Shown here piece by piece: positions 19,398-28,563 of a stretch of DNA of 64,000 nt. Within the stretch, counting starts at the first letter, position 1, and every line of letters begins with the position of its first letter. The DNA is taken from assembly GCA_046052345.1 (NCBI GenBank), contig JBJOMN010000001.1:8535-72534 (forward strand). The letters are read 5' to 3'. The notes beneath the pieces are model-generated. The model was not told the origin of the DNA. It saw only the letters and a list, made by a program, of their open reading frames with translations, and ran no database searches. A program made the translations under genes and the position numbers. The stretch is from Bacteroidota bacterium (lineage in GTDB: Bacteria; Bacteroidota; Bacteroidia; AKYH767-A; 2013-40CM-41-45).

Positions 19398-20360
19398 ATG
19401 TTCAAGAACCGTATCACCGAACTCTTTGATATTCAATATCCCATCATCCAGGCGGGGATGATATGGTGTAGCGGTTGGGAATTGGCAGCGGCCGTGAGTG
19501 AGGCCGGCGGCCTTGGAATCATCGGTGCGGGCTCGATGTACCCCGATGTGCTTCGTGACCAGCTGAGGAAGTGCAAGGCGGCCACATCACGGCCCTTTGC
19601 TGTCAACCTTCCTTTGCTTTATCCCGACATCGAACGCCACATGCAGACCATCGTCGAGGAAGGCGTGAAGATCGTTTTTACTTCTGCCGGCAATCCTTCG
19701 ACCTGGACCCCGTTTCTCAAGCAGAACGGTATCAAAGTCGTCCATGTCATCGCCAATACGAAATTCGCACGTAAAGCAGAACAGGCCGGCGTAGACGCGC
19801 TGGTTGCCGAGGGTTTCGAGGCCGGGGGACACAACGGTCGCGAGGAGACCACCACCATGGTGCTGCTACCGATCATTCGCAAAGCGACTTCATTGCCGCT
19901 CATCGCCGCAGGCGGTATCGGCGACGGGTCGGCGATGCTGGCGGCATTCGCCTTAGGTGCGGAAGGTGTGCAATTGGGCACCCGTTTTGTCGCCTCTGCC
20001 GAGTCTTCGGCACATCCGTCTTTCAAAGAACGTGTGATTTCTTCCCAAGAGGGAGATACTAAACTTCAGCTTAAACAGCTCACACCTGTTCGACTTCTCA
20101 GGAATGCTTTCTCACAGGAAGTGGAAGCTGCCGAGGCCCGTGGAGCCGATGCGGAAGAGCTTACCCGGCTGCTCGGCCGTGCCAGGGCCAAGAAAGGAAT
20201 GTTCGAAGGAGACATGGAGCAGGGCGAGTTGGAAATCGGCCAGGTGGCTGCTTTTATCCGTCAAATAAAGCCTGCGGGAGAGATTGTCCGGGACGTGTGG
20301 CAGGAATTTTTGGAATCCGGCCGTGGACTCTGCGCTACGATCGGTTCAGCCAGTCTTTGA
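19398..20360 (+). CDS. Nitronate monooxygenase family flavoprotein (FabK-like enoyl-ACP reductase candidate)
   Basis: PIIQAGM, AGGLGIIG, EGFEAGGH, IAAGGIGDG, LGAEGVQLGTRF. Confidence 0.88.
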   Translation: MFKNRITELFDIQYPIIQAGMIWCSGWELAAAVSEAGGLGIIGAGSMYPDVLRDQLRKCKAATSRPFAVNLPLLYPDIERHMQTIVEEGVKIVFTSAGNPSTWTPFLKQNGIKVVHVIANTKFARKAEQAGVDALVAEGFEAGGHNGREETTTMVLLPIIRKATSLPLIAAGGIGDGSAMLAAFALGAEGVQLGTRFVASAESSAHPSFKERVISSQEGDTKLQLKQLTPVRLLRNAFSQEVEAAEARGADAEELTRLLGRARAKKGMFEGDMEQGELEIGQVAAFIRQIKPAGEIVRDVWQEFLESGRGLCATIGSASL

Positions 20361-20447
20361 TCTTTCAACGCCCGCCGTGTCAATAAAACCGGCCTTTTTA
20401 CGTTGCGGATGGGAGCCGACAGCCCGCCGCCTTCGTACCTTTAGGTC

Positions 20448-21686
20448 ATGATCAATTTCTCCAGAAACGTGCTTTCCAACGGCCTGCCGTTGATTGTACA
20501 TGAGGATCCCTCTACACCCCTTGCTACGGTAAACATCCTGTACAAGGTCGGGGCCAGGGACGAGGATCCTTCCAAAACCGGATTCGCCCATCTATTCGAA
20601 CATCTGATGTTCGGCGGGAGTGTCAATATTCCTGAATATGACAGCCCGCTGCAGTTGGCCGGCGGAGACAACAACGCCTTCACTAATAATGATATCACCA
20701 ATTATTACTGTACCCTTCCCGCCAATAATCTGGAGACGGCTTTCTGGCTGGAAAGCGACCGTATGTTGAGTCTTGCTTTCTCCGAAAAAAGTCTCGAGGT
20801 CCAACGGCAGGTCGTCGTCGAGGAGTTCAAGCAGCGATATCTGAACCAGCCCTATGGCGACGTTTGGCTGTTGCTGCGGCCCCTTGCCTATAAGGTGCAT
20901 CCTTATCAGTGGGCGACCATCGGCAAGGAAGTGTCTCACATCGAACAGGCTACGTTGCAGGATGTCCGCGACTTCTTTTTCCGTTACTATGCTCCCGATA
21001 ACGCAGTAATGGTGGTGGCCGGCGGAGTTCGTACTGCCGAAGTCGTGGAACTCGCCGAGAAGTGGTTCGGAGGAATAAGACGCAACGCAGGAGCAAGGCC
21101 TTCCTATCCGGTCGAGCCCGCACAGCAGGAAGACAGGGAGCTCACTGTAAGACGCGACATCCCCTTTGATTCCATTTATATGGCCTTCCATGCCTGTTCC
21201 CGTTTGGAACACGATTTCTATGCTACGGACCTGATGACCGATATCCTTTCAAGGGGCAAGTCCTCTCGCTTCTACAACCGTCTGGTGAAGGAGCGCAAGC
21301 TCTTCAGTGATGTCCATGCCTATCTTACCGGGGATTTCGATAAGGGACTGGTGGTGGTCGAAGGAAAACTCATCAAAGGTGTTTCCATTTCCGAGGCCGA
21401 GTCGGCAGTGCGCGAAGAACTGGCCCGCATCGGTTCCGAGCCGGTCTCCGATGCGGAACTGGAACGTGCCAAAAACAAGGTCGAATCCACCATCGAGTTT
21501 TCCGAACTGGATCTTTCGGGTCGCGCCCTTGCGCTCGCCATCGCCGATTACATGGGCGATCCCAACCTGGTGAACACGGAGCTGTCCCGCTATGCGGCCG
21601 TGACGAAAGGCCAGATCCGTGAAATCGCCGCCACCGTCTTCCGAAAAGGCAATTCATCCGTGCTGCATTATCTCTCCTCCAACTGA
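20448..21686 (+). CDS. M16 family Zn peptidase, catalytic subunit
   Basis: GFAHLFEHLMF (HXXEH), NAFT..D.TNY, LESDRM, EE..R. Confidence 0.93.
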   Translation: MINFSRNVLSNGLPLIVHEDPSTPLATVNILYKVGARDEDPSKTGFAHLFEHLMFGGSVNIPEYDSPLQLAGGDNNAFTNNDITNYYCTLPANNLETAFWLESDRMLSLAFSEKSLEVQRQVVVEEFKQRYLNQPYGDVWLLLRPLAYKVHPYQWATIGKEVSHIEQATLQDVRDFFFRYYAPDNAVMVVAGGVRTAEVVELAEKWFGGIRRNAGARPSYPVEPAQQEDRELTVRRDIPFDSIYMAFHACSRLEHDFYATDLMTDILSRGKSSRFYNRLVKERKLFSDVHAYLTGDFDKGLVVVEGKLIKGVSISEAESAVREELARIGSEPVSDAELERAKNKVESTIEFSELDLSGRALALAIADYMGDPNLVNTELSRYAAVTKGQIREIAATVFRKGNSSVLHYLSSN

Positions 21687-21692
21687 ACGACG

Positions 21693-22994
21693 ATGTCTGT
21701 CACCACTCCCGCCGCCCCCGACCGTACTTCAGCTCCTGTTTCGGAAGCTGTCCGAAATCTAAAAGTCCAGCCTGCCGAAACAGCGTCCCTCGATAACGGT
21801 ATTCCCGTCTACTCGGTGAATGCAGGTTTCCAGGATCTTGTCCGGATCGAATTCCTTTTTCGCAACCGTTCTTTCGATCCGTCAGCTCCCCTTTTGAATA
21901 CCTCGGTGAACCGCCTGTTGACGGAAGGTACCCGTCACCATTCAGCGCTACGTCTGGCAGAGATGATCGATGACGTAGGAGCGTTCGTAGAAACCGAGGA
22001 GTCCTCGGATGCCTGTTCCGTCGTCCTGTACACGCTGAACAAGCACCTTGATAAGATGCTTCCTGTCGTGCGCGAGTTGATCACGGAAGCTGATTTTCCG
22101 GAACCTGAACTGAAGGTTTTTACAACCAAGCAAAAACAGCGGTTGGTAGTTGAGAACGAAAAGGTGAATTCCATCGCCCGCCGCAGCTTCAGCAAGCTGT
22201 TGTTCGGGAACGCCCATCCTTACGGCTATTATGTGAAGCCCGAGGACTACGATTCCCTCACACGCGAATCGTTGCTGACGTATCATGCCCGGCACTATAC
22301 GCCGGAGAATTGCTCCATCCTGGTGGCCGGCAAGATACATGCGTCGACGCTGCAAGGCCTCAATACGTACTTCGGCAGTTCGGGTTGGAGCAGGGGAGTT
22401 TCCCGTTTGCCCTCCTTTCCTCCGTTGCCTGAAATGACTGAAAAGTCCGTTTTTCTTCACAAGGAGGGAGCCCTGCAGTCGGCCATCCGAATAGGCAGAA
22501 GGATCATCACGCGCTCCCACCCTGATTATCCCGGGCTTTCCGTGCTTAATACTCTGCTGGGCGGATATTTCGGTTCACGACTGATGTCGAATATCCGTGA
22601 GGACAAAGGTTATACCTACGGTATCGGATCCGCGGTGGTGTCGTTGTCCGCCGCCGGTTACTTCTTCATCTCCACCGAAGTGGGTGCTGATGTCACCTCG
22701 GCCGCCTTGGATGAGATCTATAAGGAAGTGGAACTTCTGCGCAGAGAAGCTGTAGATCAGGAGGAGCTGGCCATGGTCAGGAATTACATGATGGGTTCCT
22801 TCCTCAAAGGCATCGACGGCCCCTTTGCGCTCATAGACCGCTTTAAGACCATTCATCTCAGCGGTCTCGATTACGATTATTTCGACCGGTATCTTCGGAC
22901 ACTTGAATCCATCGGGCCGGAAGAACTGAAAGACCTTGCGGTAAGGTATTTCGACCGTAATGACCTGTGTGAACTGGTCGTTGGCATAAAATGA
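21693..22994 (+). CDS. M16 family peptidase, non-catalytic partner subunit
   Basis: No HXXEH; LGGYFGSRLMSNIREDKGYTYG motif; 6 nt after the catalytic subunit. Confidence 0.9.
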   Translation: MSVTTPAAPDRTSAPVSEAVRNLKVQPAETASLDNGIPVYSVNAGFQDLVRIEFLFRNRSFDPSAPLLNTSVNRLLTEGTRHHSALRLAEMIDDVGAFVETEESSDACSVVLYTLNKHLDKMLPVVRELITEADFPEPELKVFTTKQKQRLVVENEKVNSIARRSFSKLLFGNAHPYGYYVKPEDYDSLTRESLLTYHARHYTPENCSILVAGKIHASTLQGLNTYFGSSGWSRGVSRLPSFPPLPEMTEKSVFLHKEGALQSAIRIGRRIITRSHPDYPGLSVLNTLLGGYFGSRLMSNIREDKGYTYGIGSAVVSLSAAGYFFISTEVGADVTSAALDEIYKEVELLRREAVDQEELAMVRNYMMGSFLKGIDGPFALIDRFKTIHLSGLDYDYFDRYLRTLESIGPEELKDLAVRYFDRNDLCELVVGIK

Positions 22995-23030
22995 TTGGAA
23001 AAAACGCTGTTGAAACCGATCTTCCATAGC

Positions 23031-25067
23031 GTGAATAAAAAGATCCTGCTCTTCCTGCTCCTGTTTTCAGGGACGGTGAACGGCAACGGCCAGTCATTTC
23101 ATATCCGTTGCCTTTCCATCGATGCCGCCGGCGGGGTCACGGCCACCTGGGACCGTGGTACGCTGGCCGTATCCGATTTCAGGGCTTACCATATCCTTTA
23201 CTCCAACGCACAGGCGGGACCGTATTCCACGGTGGACAGCGTCAGTGTTTTCTCGGACACCGCTTATACCCACGCCTCAGCCAATGCGAATACCTCTGCG
23301 GCATGGTACGTCATCGTCTGCAAAGGACTTACGGGTCCGGACCGCTATTCAGATACCGTACGGGCACTACAACTTACGGTGCTGAATCCCGGCAGCGGTT
23401 TCGCCAACCTGGCCTGGAATGTCATGCGGCAGCCGCTGATCACCACCCATTCTCCGTTCTACAGGATCTTCAGGGAATACCCTGCGGGATTTTTCACCTT
23501 GATAGATTCCGTGAATGCCGCGCTCTCGCCGAATCCCATGCGCTACAGCGACCTGATTTCCATCTGCGACGATACGGTCAACTACAGGATCGAAGTGATG
23601 GATGCCGGCGGATGCGTTTCCAACTCGAATATCGACGGCGACAGGTTCCGTGACCTTCAACCGCCGATGATGCCGGTCCTTGATTCCGTTTCTGTAGATG
23701 TCTCCGGCAACGTGGTCATCGGCTGGCCATCCGATCCGTCGCCTGATACCCGTGCATACGTAGTACTCCAGGGCGTCGGATCCATCTGGACACCGATCGA
23801 TACGTTGTTCGGGATTTCAAGCACCTTCACTTCGACCGGAATAAGCGCAGCGGGAGGTGCGGTTTCCTTTGAACTCATCGCAGTCGACAGCTGCGGAAAT
23901 CCCAGTGCCCAGAGCCAGCCGCACACCACCATGTACCTCAGCGGTTCCTTCGACCGTTGCGCACGCTCCGTAACTCTTACATGGAATCCTTACTCTTCCT
24001 GGAATTCGACAGTGACCTATGAGATTCTGCGCAGTACTGCCGGCGGTCCAGAGCAACGCATCGGCTCTACGCTGTCCACGTCCTTCGAAGATACGGCCAT
24101 CGTTTCCGGAACTTCCTATTGCTACCGGGTCATCGCCCGTGAATCCGGACTGCTGCGCTCCTCCACTTCATCGCGCCTTTGCCTGACACCGACCTTTCCG
24201 ATACCGCCCAACTTCTGCAGGATACGTACCGTGTCGGTAACGGGACCGTCGACCGTTCAGGTCACGGTCTTCGCGGATGCGGCTGCCGTCGTGCAAGGTT
24301 ACCGATTACTCAGAGCCCCGGCAGCGACAGGCCCTTTTACAACAGTTTCAACTTTGAATGTTTCCGGGACCTCGTCGGTAGTGTTCCAGGACGTCGTTTC
24401 CGATCTTGATGAACGCATCTATCACTACAGGGTGGTCGTCATAGACAGTTGCGGAAATCCCGTGCGCACTTCCCTGACAGCCCGTACCATACGCCTTCGC
24501 GGCGAATCATTGCCCGGAGCCTGTAACGAAGTATCCTGGACGAGTTACGGTGAATGGAGCAGCGGAGTCGACGGGTATCTTCTTTTCCGTTCCGTGAACG
24601 GAATCACGGATCCCAATCCGGTAGCTGTCGTTCCTGACGGACAAACGCTGTCATTCCTGGATGCAGTACTGGAGGAGTTCTATAGTGACGGTACTTTCTG
24701 CTACCGTGTTGCCGCTTTACAGGCTCCGGGAGATCCCGACGGTTTTATCGATACTTCCTTTTCAAACGAGGTATGCGTATTCCAGGATCCGCTGGTCTTC
24801 GTGCCGAGCGCTTTTCATCCCGGCGGAGGCATTAACGAGATTTTCCAGCCCATGCCGGTGTTCATGCCACGCAACGGTTACAGATTTATCATTTACAATC
24901 GTTGGGGACAGGTGGTGTTCTCGACCGATGATCCGACGGTGGGATGGGACGGAAGCATGAACGGAACAGCCGCAGAGCAGGCGGTCTATATATACCTGAT
25001 AGAGGCCGAGAAGAAAGACGGCACCCGATTTCAAAAAACCGGTTCGGTAACGTTACTGAGGTACTAG
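23031..25067 (+). CDS. Multi-FN3-like protein with gliding-motility-associated (T9SS type B) C-terminal domain
   Basis: Signal peptide then Q; repeated W...Y...Y.V...DSCGN modules; C-terminal VPSAFHPGGGINEIF..IYNRWGQVVF..WDG..G.VTLLR. Start uncertain (TTG 22995 or GTG 23031). Confidence 0.82.
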   Translation: MNKKILLFLLLFSGTVNGNGQSFHIRCLSIDAAGGVTATWDRGTLAVSDFRAYHILYSNAQAGPYSTVDSVSVFSDTAYTHASANANTSAAWYVIVCKGLTGPDRYSDTVRALQLTVLNPGSGFANLAWNVMRQPLITTHSPFYRIFREYPAGFFTLIDSVNAALSPNPMRYSDLISICDDTVNYRIEVMDAGGCVSNSNIDGDRFRDLQPPMMPVLDSVSVDVSGNVVIGWPSDPSPDTRAYVVLQGVGSIWTPIDTLFGISSTFTSTGISAAGGAVSFELIAVDSCGNPSAQSQPHTTMYLSGSFDRCARSVTLTWNPYSSWNSTVTYEILRSTAGGPEQRIGSTLSTSFEDTAIVSGTSYCYRVIARESGLLRSSTSSRLCLTPTFPIPPNFCRIRTVSVTGPSTVQVTVFADAAAVVQGYRLLRAPAATGPFTTVSTLNVSGTSSVVFQDVVSDLDERIYHYRVVVIDSCGNPVRTSLTARTIRLRGESLPGACNEVSWTSYGEWSSGVDGYLLFRSVNGITDPNPVAVVPDGQTLSFLDAVLEEFYSDGTFCYRVAALQAPGDPDGFIDTSFSNEVCVFQDPLVFVPSAFHPGGGINEIFQPMPVFMPRNGYRFIIYNRWGQVVFSTDDPTVGWDGSMNGTAAEQAVYIYLIEAEKKDGTRFQKTGSVTLLRY

Positions 25068-25090
25068 CTAATCACTCACCGCCAATCATT

Positions 25091-26560
25091 TCACCGGTGG
25101 TAATTCGGTGCTTCCTTCACGATGGTGACATCGTGAGGATGGCTCTCCCGGACTCCTGCGGAGGTGATGCGGATGAATGACGCCTTTTTCAGGGATGCGA
25201 TGTCCTTTGCACCGCAGTAACCCATGGATGCGCGAAGGCCTCCGACCAATTGATAAATCTCTTCGGCGACATGTCCTTTGTAGGGTACACGGCCGACGAT
25301 TCCCTCAGGAACCAATTTCTTGACGTCGTCAGTCTGCGCCTGGAAGTAGCGGTCTTTGGAGCCTTCCCGCATGGCTTCGATGGATCCCATGCCGCGGTAG
25401 GATTTGAATTTCCTGCCTTCATAGATCATCGTCTCGCCGGGCGATTCTTCCGTACCGGCGAAGAGCGAACCCAGCATGACACAGTCGGCACCTGCTGCGA
25501 TCGCTTTTGAGATATCGCCGCTATAACGTATTCCGCCGTCTGCAATCACTCCGACGCCGCTGCCTTTCAACGCTTCGGCCACGTCATGGACGGCCGTGAA
25601 CTGAGGGACTCCGATGCCTGCGATCACCCGCGTCGTACAGATGGATCCGGGTCCGATACCGACTTTCACCGCATCCGCGCCGGCTTTTGCCAGATAAAGC
25701 GCTGCATCTGCAGTGGCGATGTTACCTACGATGACCGGAAGTTTCGGGAACGCCTTTTTCACTTTCTTCAGGACATCCACAACGCCCTTGGTATGTCCGT
25801 GTGCCGTGTCGATGGTGACGATATCGACTCCCGCTTCGACAAGGGCCTTCGCACGGTCCAGTGCATCACCGGTTACACCGATGGCTGCACCGACGCGCAA
25901 GCGTCCCAGCTCATCCTTACAGGCTCCGGGCCGCGATTTTATCTTCTTGATATCCTTGTAAGTGATCAGTCCGGTAAGTCGACCTTTACGGTCGACCACA
26001 GGAAGTTTCTCGATCTTATACTGCTGCAGGATCTTTTCCGCTTCCTTGAGGTCTTTCACTCCCGTAGTCGTGACGAGCCGGTCCTTGGTCATGATTTCAC
26101 GCACCGGACGGTCGAGGTTCTTCTCGAACCGCAAGTCGCGGCTGGTACAGATGCCTATCAGCACATGGTCCTTGTCGACGATCGGAATGCCGCCGATTCC
26201 TGAGTTCATCATGATCTCGTGAGCGTCGCGCACAAGGGCGTTTTCCCGAAGCGTGACGGGGTCGGTGATCATGCCGCTTTCACTGCGCTTCACCTTCCTG
26301 ACTTGTGCTGCCTGCTGTTCGATGGTCAGATTCTTGTGCAGGATACCGATTCCGCCTTCCTGCGCAATGGCGATGGCCATCTCTGATTCGGTGACCGTAT
26401 CCATGGCAGCCGATATGATCGGTATTCGGAGTCCGATCGTGCGTGTCAGCCGTGAGGAGACATCGACCTGGTTCGGCAATACTTCGGAGTAAGCCGGGAC
26501 AAGCAGGATGTCGTCGTACGTAAGGGCTTCGCCGAGGTAACGGCTTTTGGCAACTTTCAT
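25091..26560 (-). CDS. guaB: IMP dehydrogenase with CBS pair
   Basis: [55 protein letters not shown]. Confidence 0.98.
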   Translation of the reverse strand: MKVAKSRYLGEALTYDDILLVPAYSEVLPNQVDVSSRLTRTIGLRIPIISAAMDTVTESEMAIAIAQEGGIGILHKNLTIEQQAAQVRKVKRSESGMITDPVTLRENALVRDAHEIMMNSGIGGIPIVDKDHVLIGICTSRDLRFEKNLDRPVREIMTKDRLVTTTGVKDLKEAEKILQQYKIEKLPVVDRKGRLTGLITYKDIKKIKSRPGACKDELGRLRVGAAIGVTGDALDRAKALVEAGVDIVTIDTAHGHTKGVVDVLKKVKKAFPKLPVIVGNIATADAALYLAKAGADAVKVGIGPGSICTTRVIAGIGVPQFTAVHDVAEALKGSGVGVIADGGIRYSGDISKAIAAGADCVMLGSLFAGTEESPGETMIYEGRKFKSYRGMGSIEAMREGSKDRYFQAQTDDVKKLVPEGIVGRVPYKGHVAEEIYQLVGGLRASMGYCGAKDIASLKKASFIRITSAGVRESHPHDVTIVKEAPNYHR

Positions 26561-26589
26561 GGGAAGGAAGGATGAAAAAAAGTTGCACG

Positions 26590-26597
26590 CAAAGGTA
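26590..26597 (-). promoter_or_regulatory. Bacteroidota -7 element for guaB
   Basis: TACCTTTG on - strand about 30 nt upstream of the ATG. Confidence 0.6.
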
Positions 26598-26680
26598 CTA
26601 AAATAATCCCGACGGGATTCCTTCGCTTAAAAATCGGGTGAACTTGCGTATTCCGACACGGTAACCGACGAAGGGGGAGA

Positions 26681-28369
26681 TCATTGTCGCATGCCGACCA
26701 TGCCTCGTACCGTGAAGGAAGGAGTCCCGGGTTCCGTCAGCTCGATAATATACAGTCCGGGTGCCAGCCCCTCGGTGGACAGCATCGGTGTTTCCAACGT
26801 CTCTTTTCTGACACATCTTCCTTCCGTATCGCGGATCACTGCGGTAATTGGATGATGGGAAGAGACAGGGAGGGAGAGTCTCCATTCTCCGGAAGAAGGA
26901 TTCGGGTAAACCGTGACAGCATCATCGGCCGCCGGGTCGTTCAACCCGGAAGCAGCGGTGTCCACGACGATGAAAGAGGTCATCATTCCCATGTCCTCGT
27001 GCGCCAGGTTGTGACAATGATACATGTAAGGGACATTCGGATTAGTGAAATCCTCGAAGCGCATGATGAGGGAGACCGTCTCTTGCGGAAGGATATTGAA
27101 CACGTCTTTCCAGCCTTGCTCGACATCGGGTGCCGGCTGTCCGTTCCGTGCCAGTACCCTGAAGGAGACGTCATGGATGTGCATCGGGTGGGAGATGTTC
27201 GAATTGTTCGTCACATGCCACAGTTCGATGTCGCCCAGACGCATGGTGTCGTTGAACAAGCCCATGATATACTGGTTGCCGTCGAGGTAGAAATTTCCCA
27301 TGCCGATCATGCCTTGGCCGGTGATGAACCGGTTCCTCACGCGATCGGCCAGGGTGCTGTCCCAGGTCGATATTGCCAATGCATAGGAGGGAAGCGCGGT
27401 GATTCCTCCCGGCGGGGCATTATTCACCCTGAATTCCATGATATCGAAATTCACCCCGTCGAGCGGTCCGTTATTTCCCATAGCCCCCGTAATGTTGCCG
27501 GGAACGTTTGTAGGCAACTCCGTAGCGAAACTGCGTAATCGGCAGGAGGAGCCGGCCTGCTGACTGAAATCGACCAGAATTTCGGCGCGTTCACCGTTTG
27601 CCAGGCGTATTCTTGTCACCGGAACAGGAGCGGCGAGAAGGCCTCCGTCTGAGGATATCACAAAAAAAGTGCGGTTGTCACTGAATCCAAGCTGGTATAC
27701 ACGCGCGTTCGAGCCGTTGAGGATCCGGAGCCGCACAAACCGGTCGGGAACATCGCGGTAAGGTCTTGGAGTACCGTTCACCAACATGGAATCCCCCATC
27801 GGTCCCATAAGGAATTGGTTGGTCGTATTGTATTTCCTGTCCTGTAAGACGACAGGAAGATCATCATAACCGTAGGTGCGCGGCAGAGGAAGGGACATTT
27901 CCTCACTGTCCCTTACCATGATCAGTCCTGCCATGCCCTTGGTCACCTGATTCTGTGTATTCATGTGAACGTGCGGGTGGTACCAATAAGTACCGGCACG
28001 GTTCAGTACGCGGAAAGAAGAGGTGAAGCTGTCGAGGGCGGGGATGGTCGTCTCAGGACCGCCGTCCATCTCCGCCGGCACGTGAAGTCCATGCCAATGG
28101 ACGGATGTTTCCTCTCCGAGCCGGTTGTTGATGCGGATATCGACGGAATCCCATTTCTGCAATTCGATGGTCGGACCAAGATAATTTCCGCTGAAGGCGA
28201 AAGTGCGTGTCTGAGATCCCGGATAGATCTGCCACTGTCCCGAATCACAATCCAACCGGATGTTCCTGCCGGAAACCAGCGGCGGTATGTTCATCGCATT
28301 GTCAAATGTTTGCCCGTATACGGTGCCCGAAAGGCAGAGGAACAAAAGGGCAGCTGTCAGACGTCTCAT
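26681..28369 (-). CDS. Multicopper oxidase (CueO/laccase-like) with T9SS type-A CTD
   Basis: All four Cu motifs present: HWHG, WYHPH, HPMHIH, HCHNLAHEDMGM. Sec signal peptide then Q; C-terminal VYPNPS...LAPGLYII. Confidence 0.9.
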   Translation of the reverse strand: MRRLTAALLFLCLSGTVYGQTFDNAMNIPPLVSGRNIRLDCDSGQWQIYPGSQTRTFAFSGNYLGPTIELQKWDSVDIRINNRLGEETSVHWHGLHVPAEMDGGPETTIPALDSFTSSFRVLNRAGTYWYHPHVHMNTQNQVTKGMAGLIMVRDSEEMSLPLPRTYGYDDLPVVLQDRKYNTTNQFLMGPMGDSMLVNGTPRPYRDVPDRFVRLRILNGSNARVYQLGFSDNRTFFVISSDGGLLAAPVPVTRIRLANGERAEILVDFSQQAGSSCRLRSFATELPTNVPGNITGAMGNNGPLDGVNFDIMEFRVNNAPPGGITALPSYALAISTWDSTLADRVRNRFITGQGMIGMGNFYLDGNQYIMGLFNDTMRLGDIELWHVTNNSNISHPMHIHDVSFRVLARNGQPAPDVEQGWKDVFNILPQETVSLIMRFEDFTNPNVPYMYHCHNLAHEDMGMMTSFIVVDTAASGLNDPAADDAVTVYPNPSSGEWRLSLPVSSHHPITAVIRDTEGRCVRKETLETPMLSTEGLAPGLYIIELTEPGTPSFTVRGMVGMRQ

Positions 28370-28563
28370 TGCAGGAAAGAGTTTTTGTAAAAATAAGTCA
28401 ATTCCCGTGCAGTTGCTGCCGGTCGCCTGAACGTTAATCTTTGCTAAGGCTATTGCAACTTGTTGGAAACCAGTAAATTCATCAACTCTTCATCCGAAAA
28501 TATCGTTGGCGGATACCCGTTGCTTTTCTAAATTTGTGCCTCTTTTGAATAACCATCAGCTCC

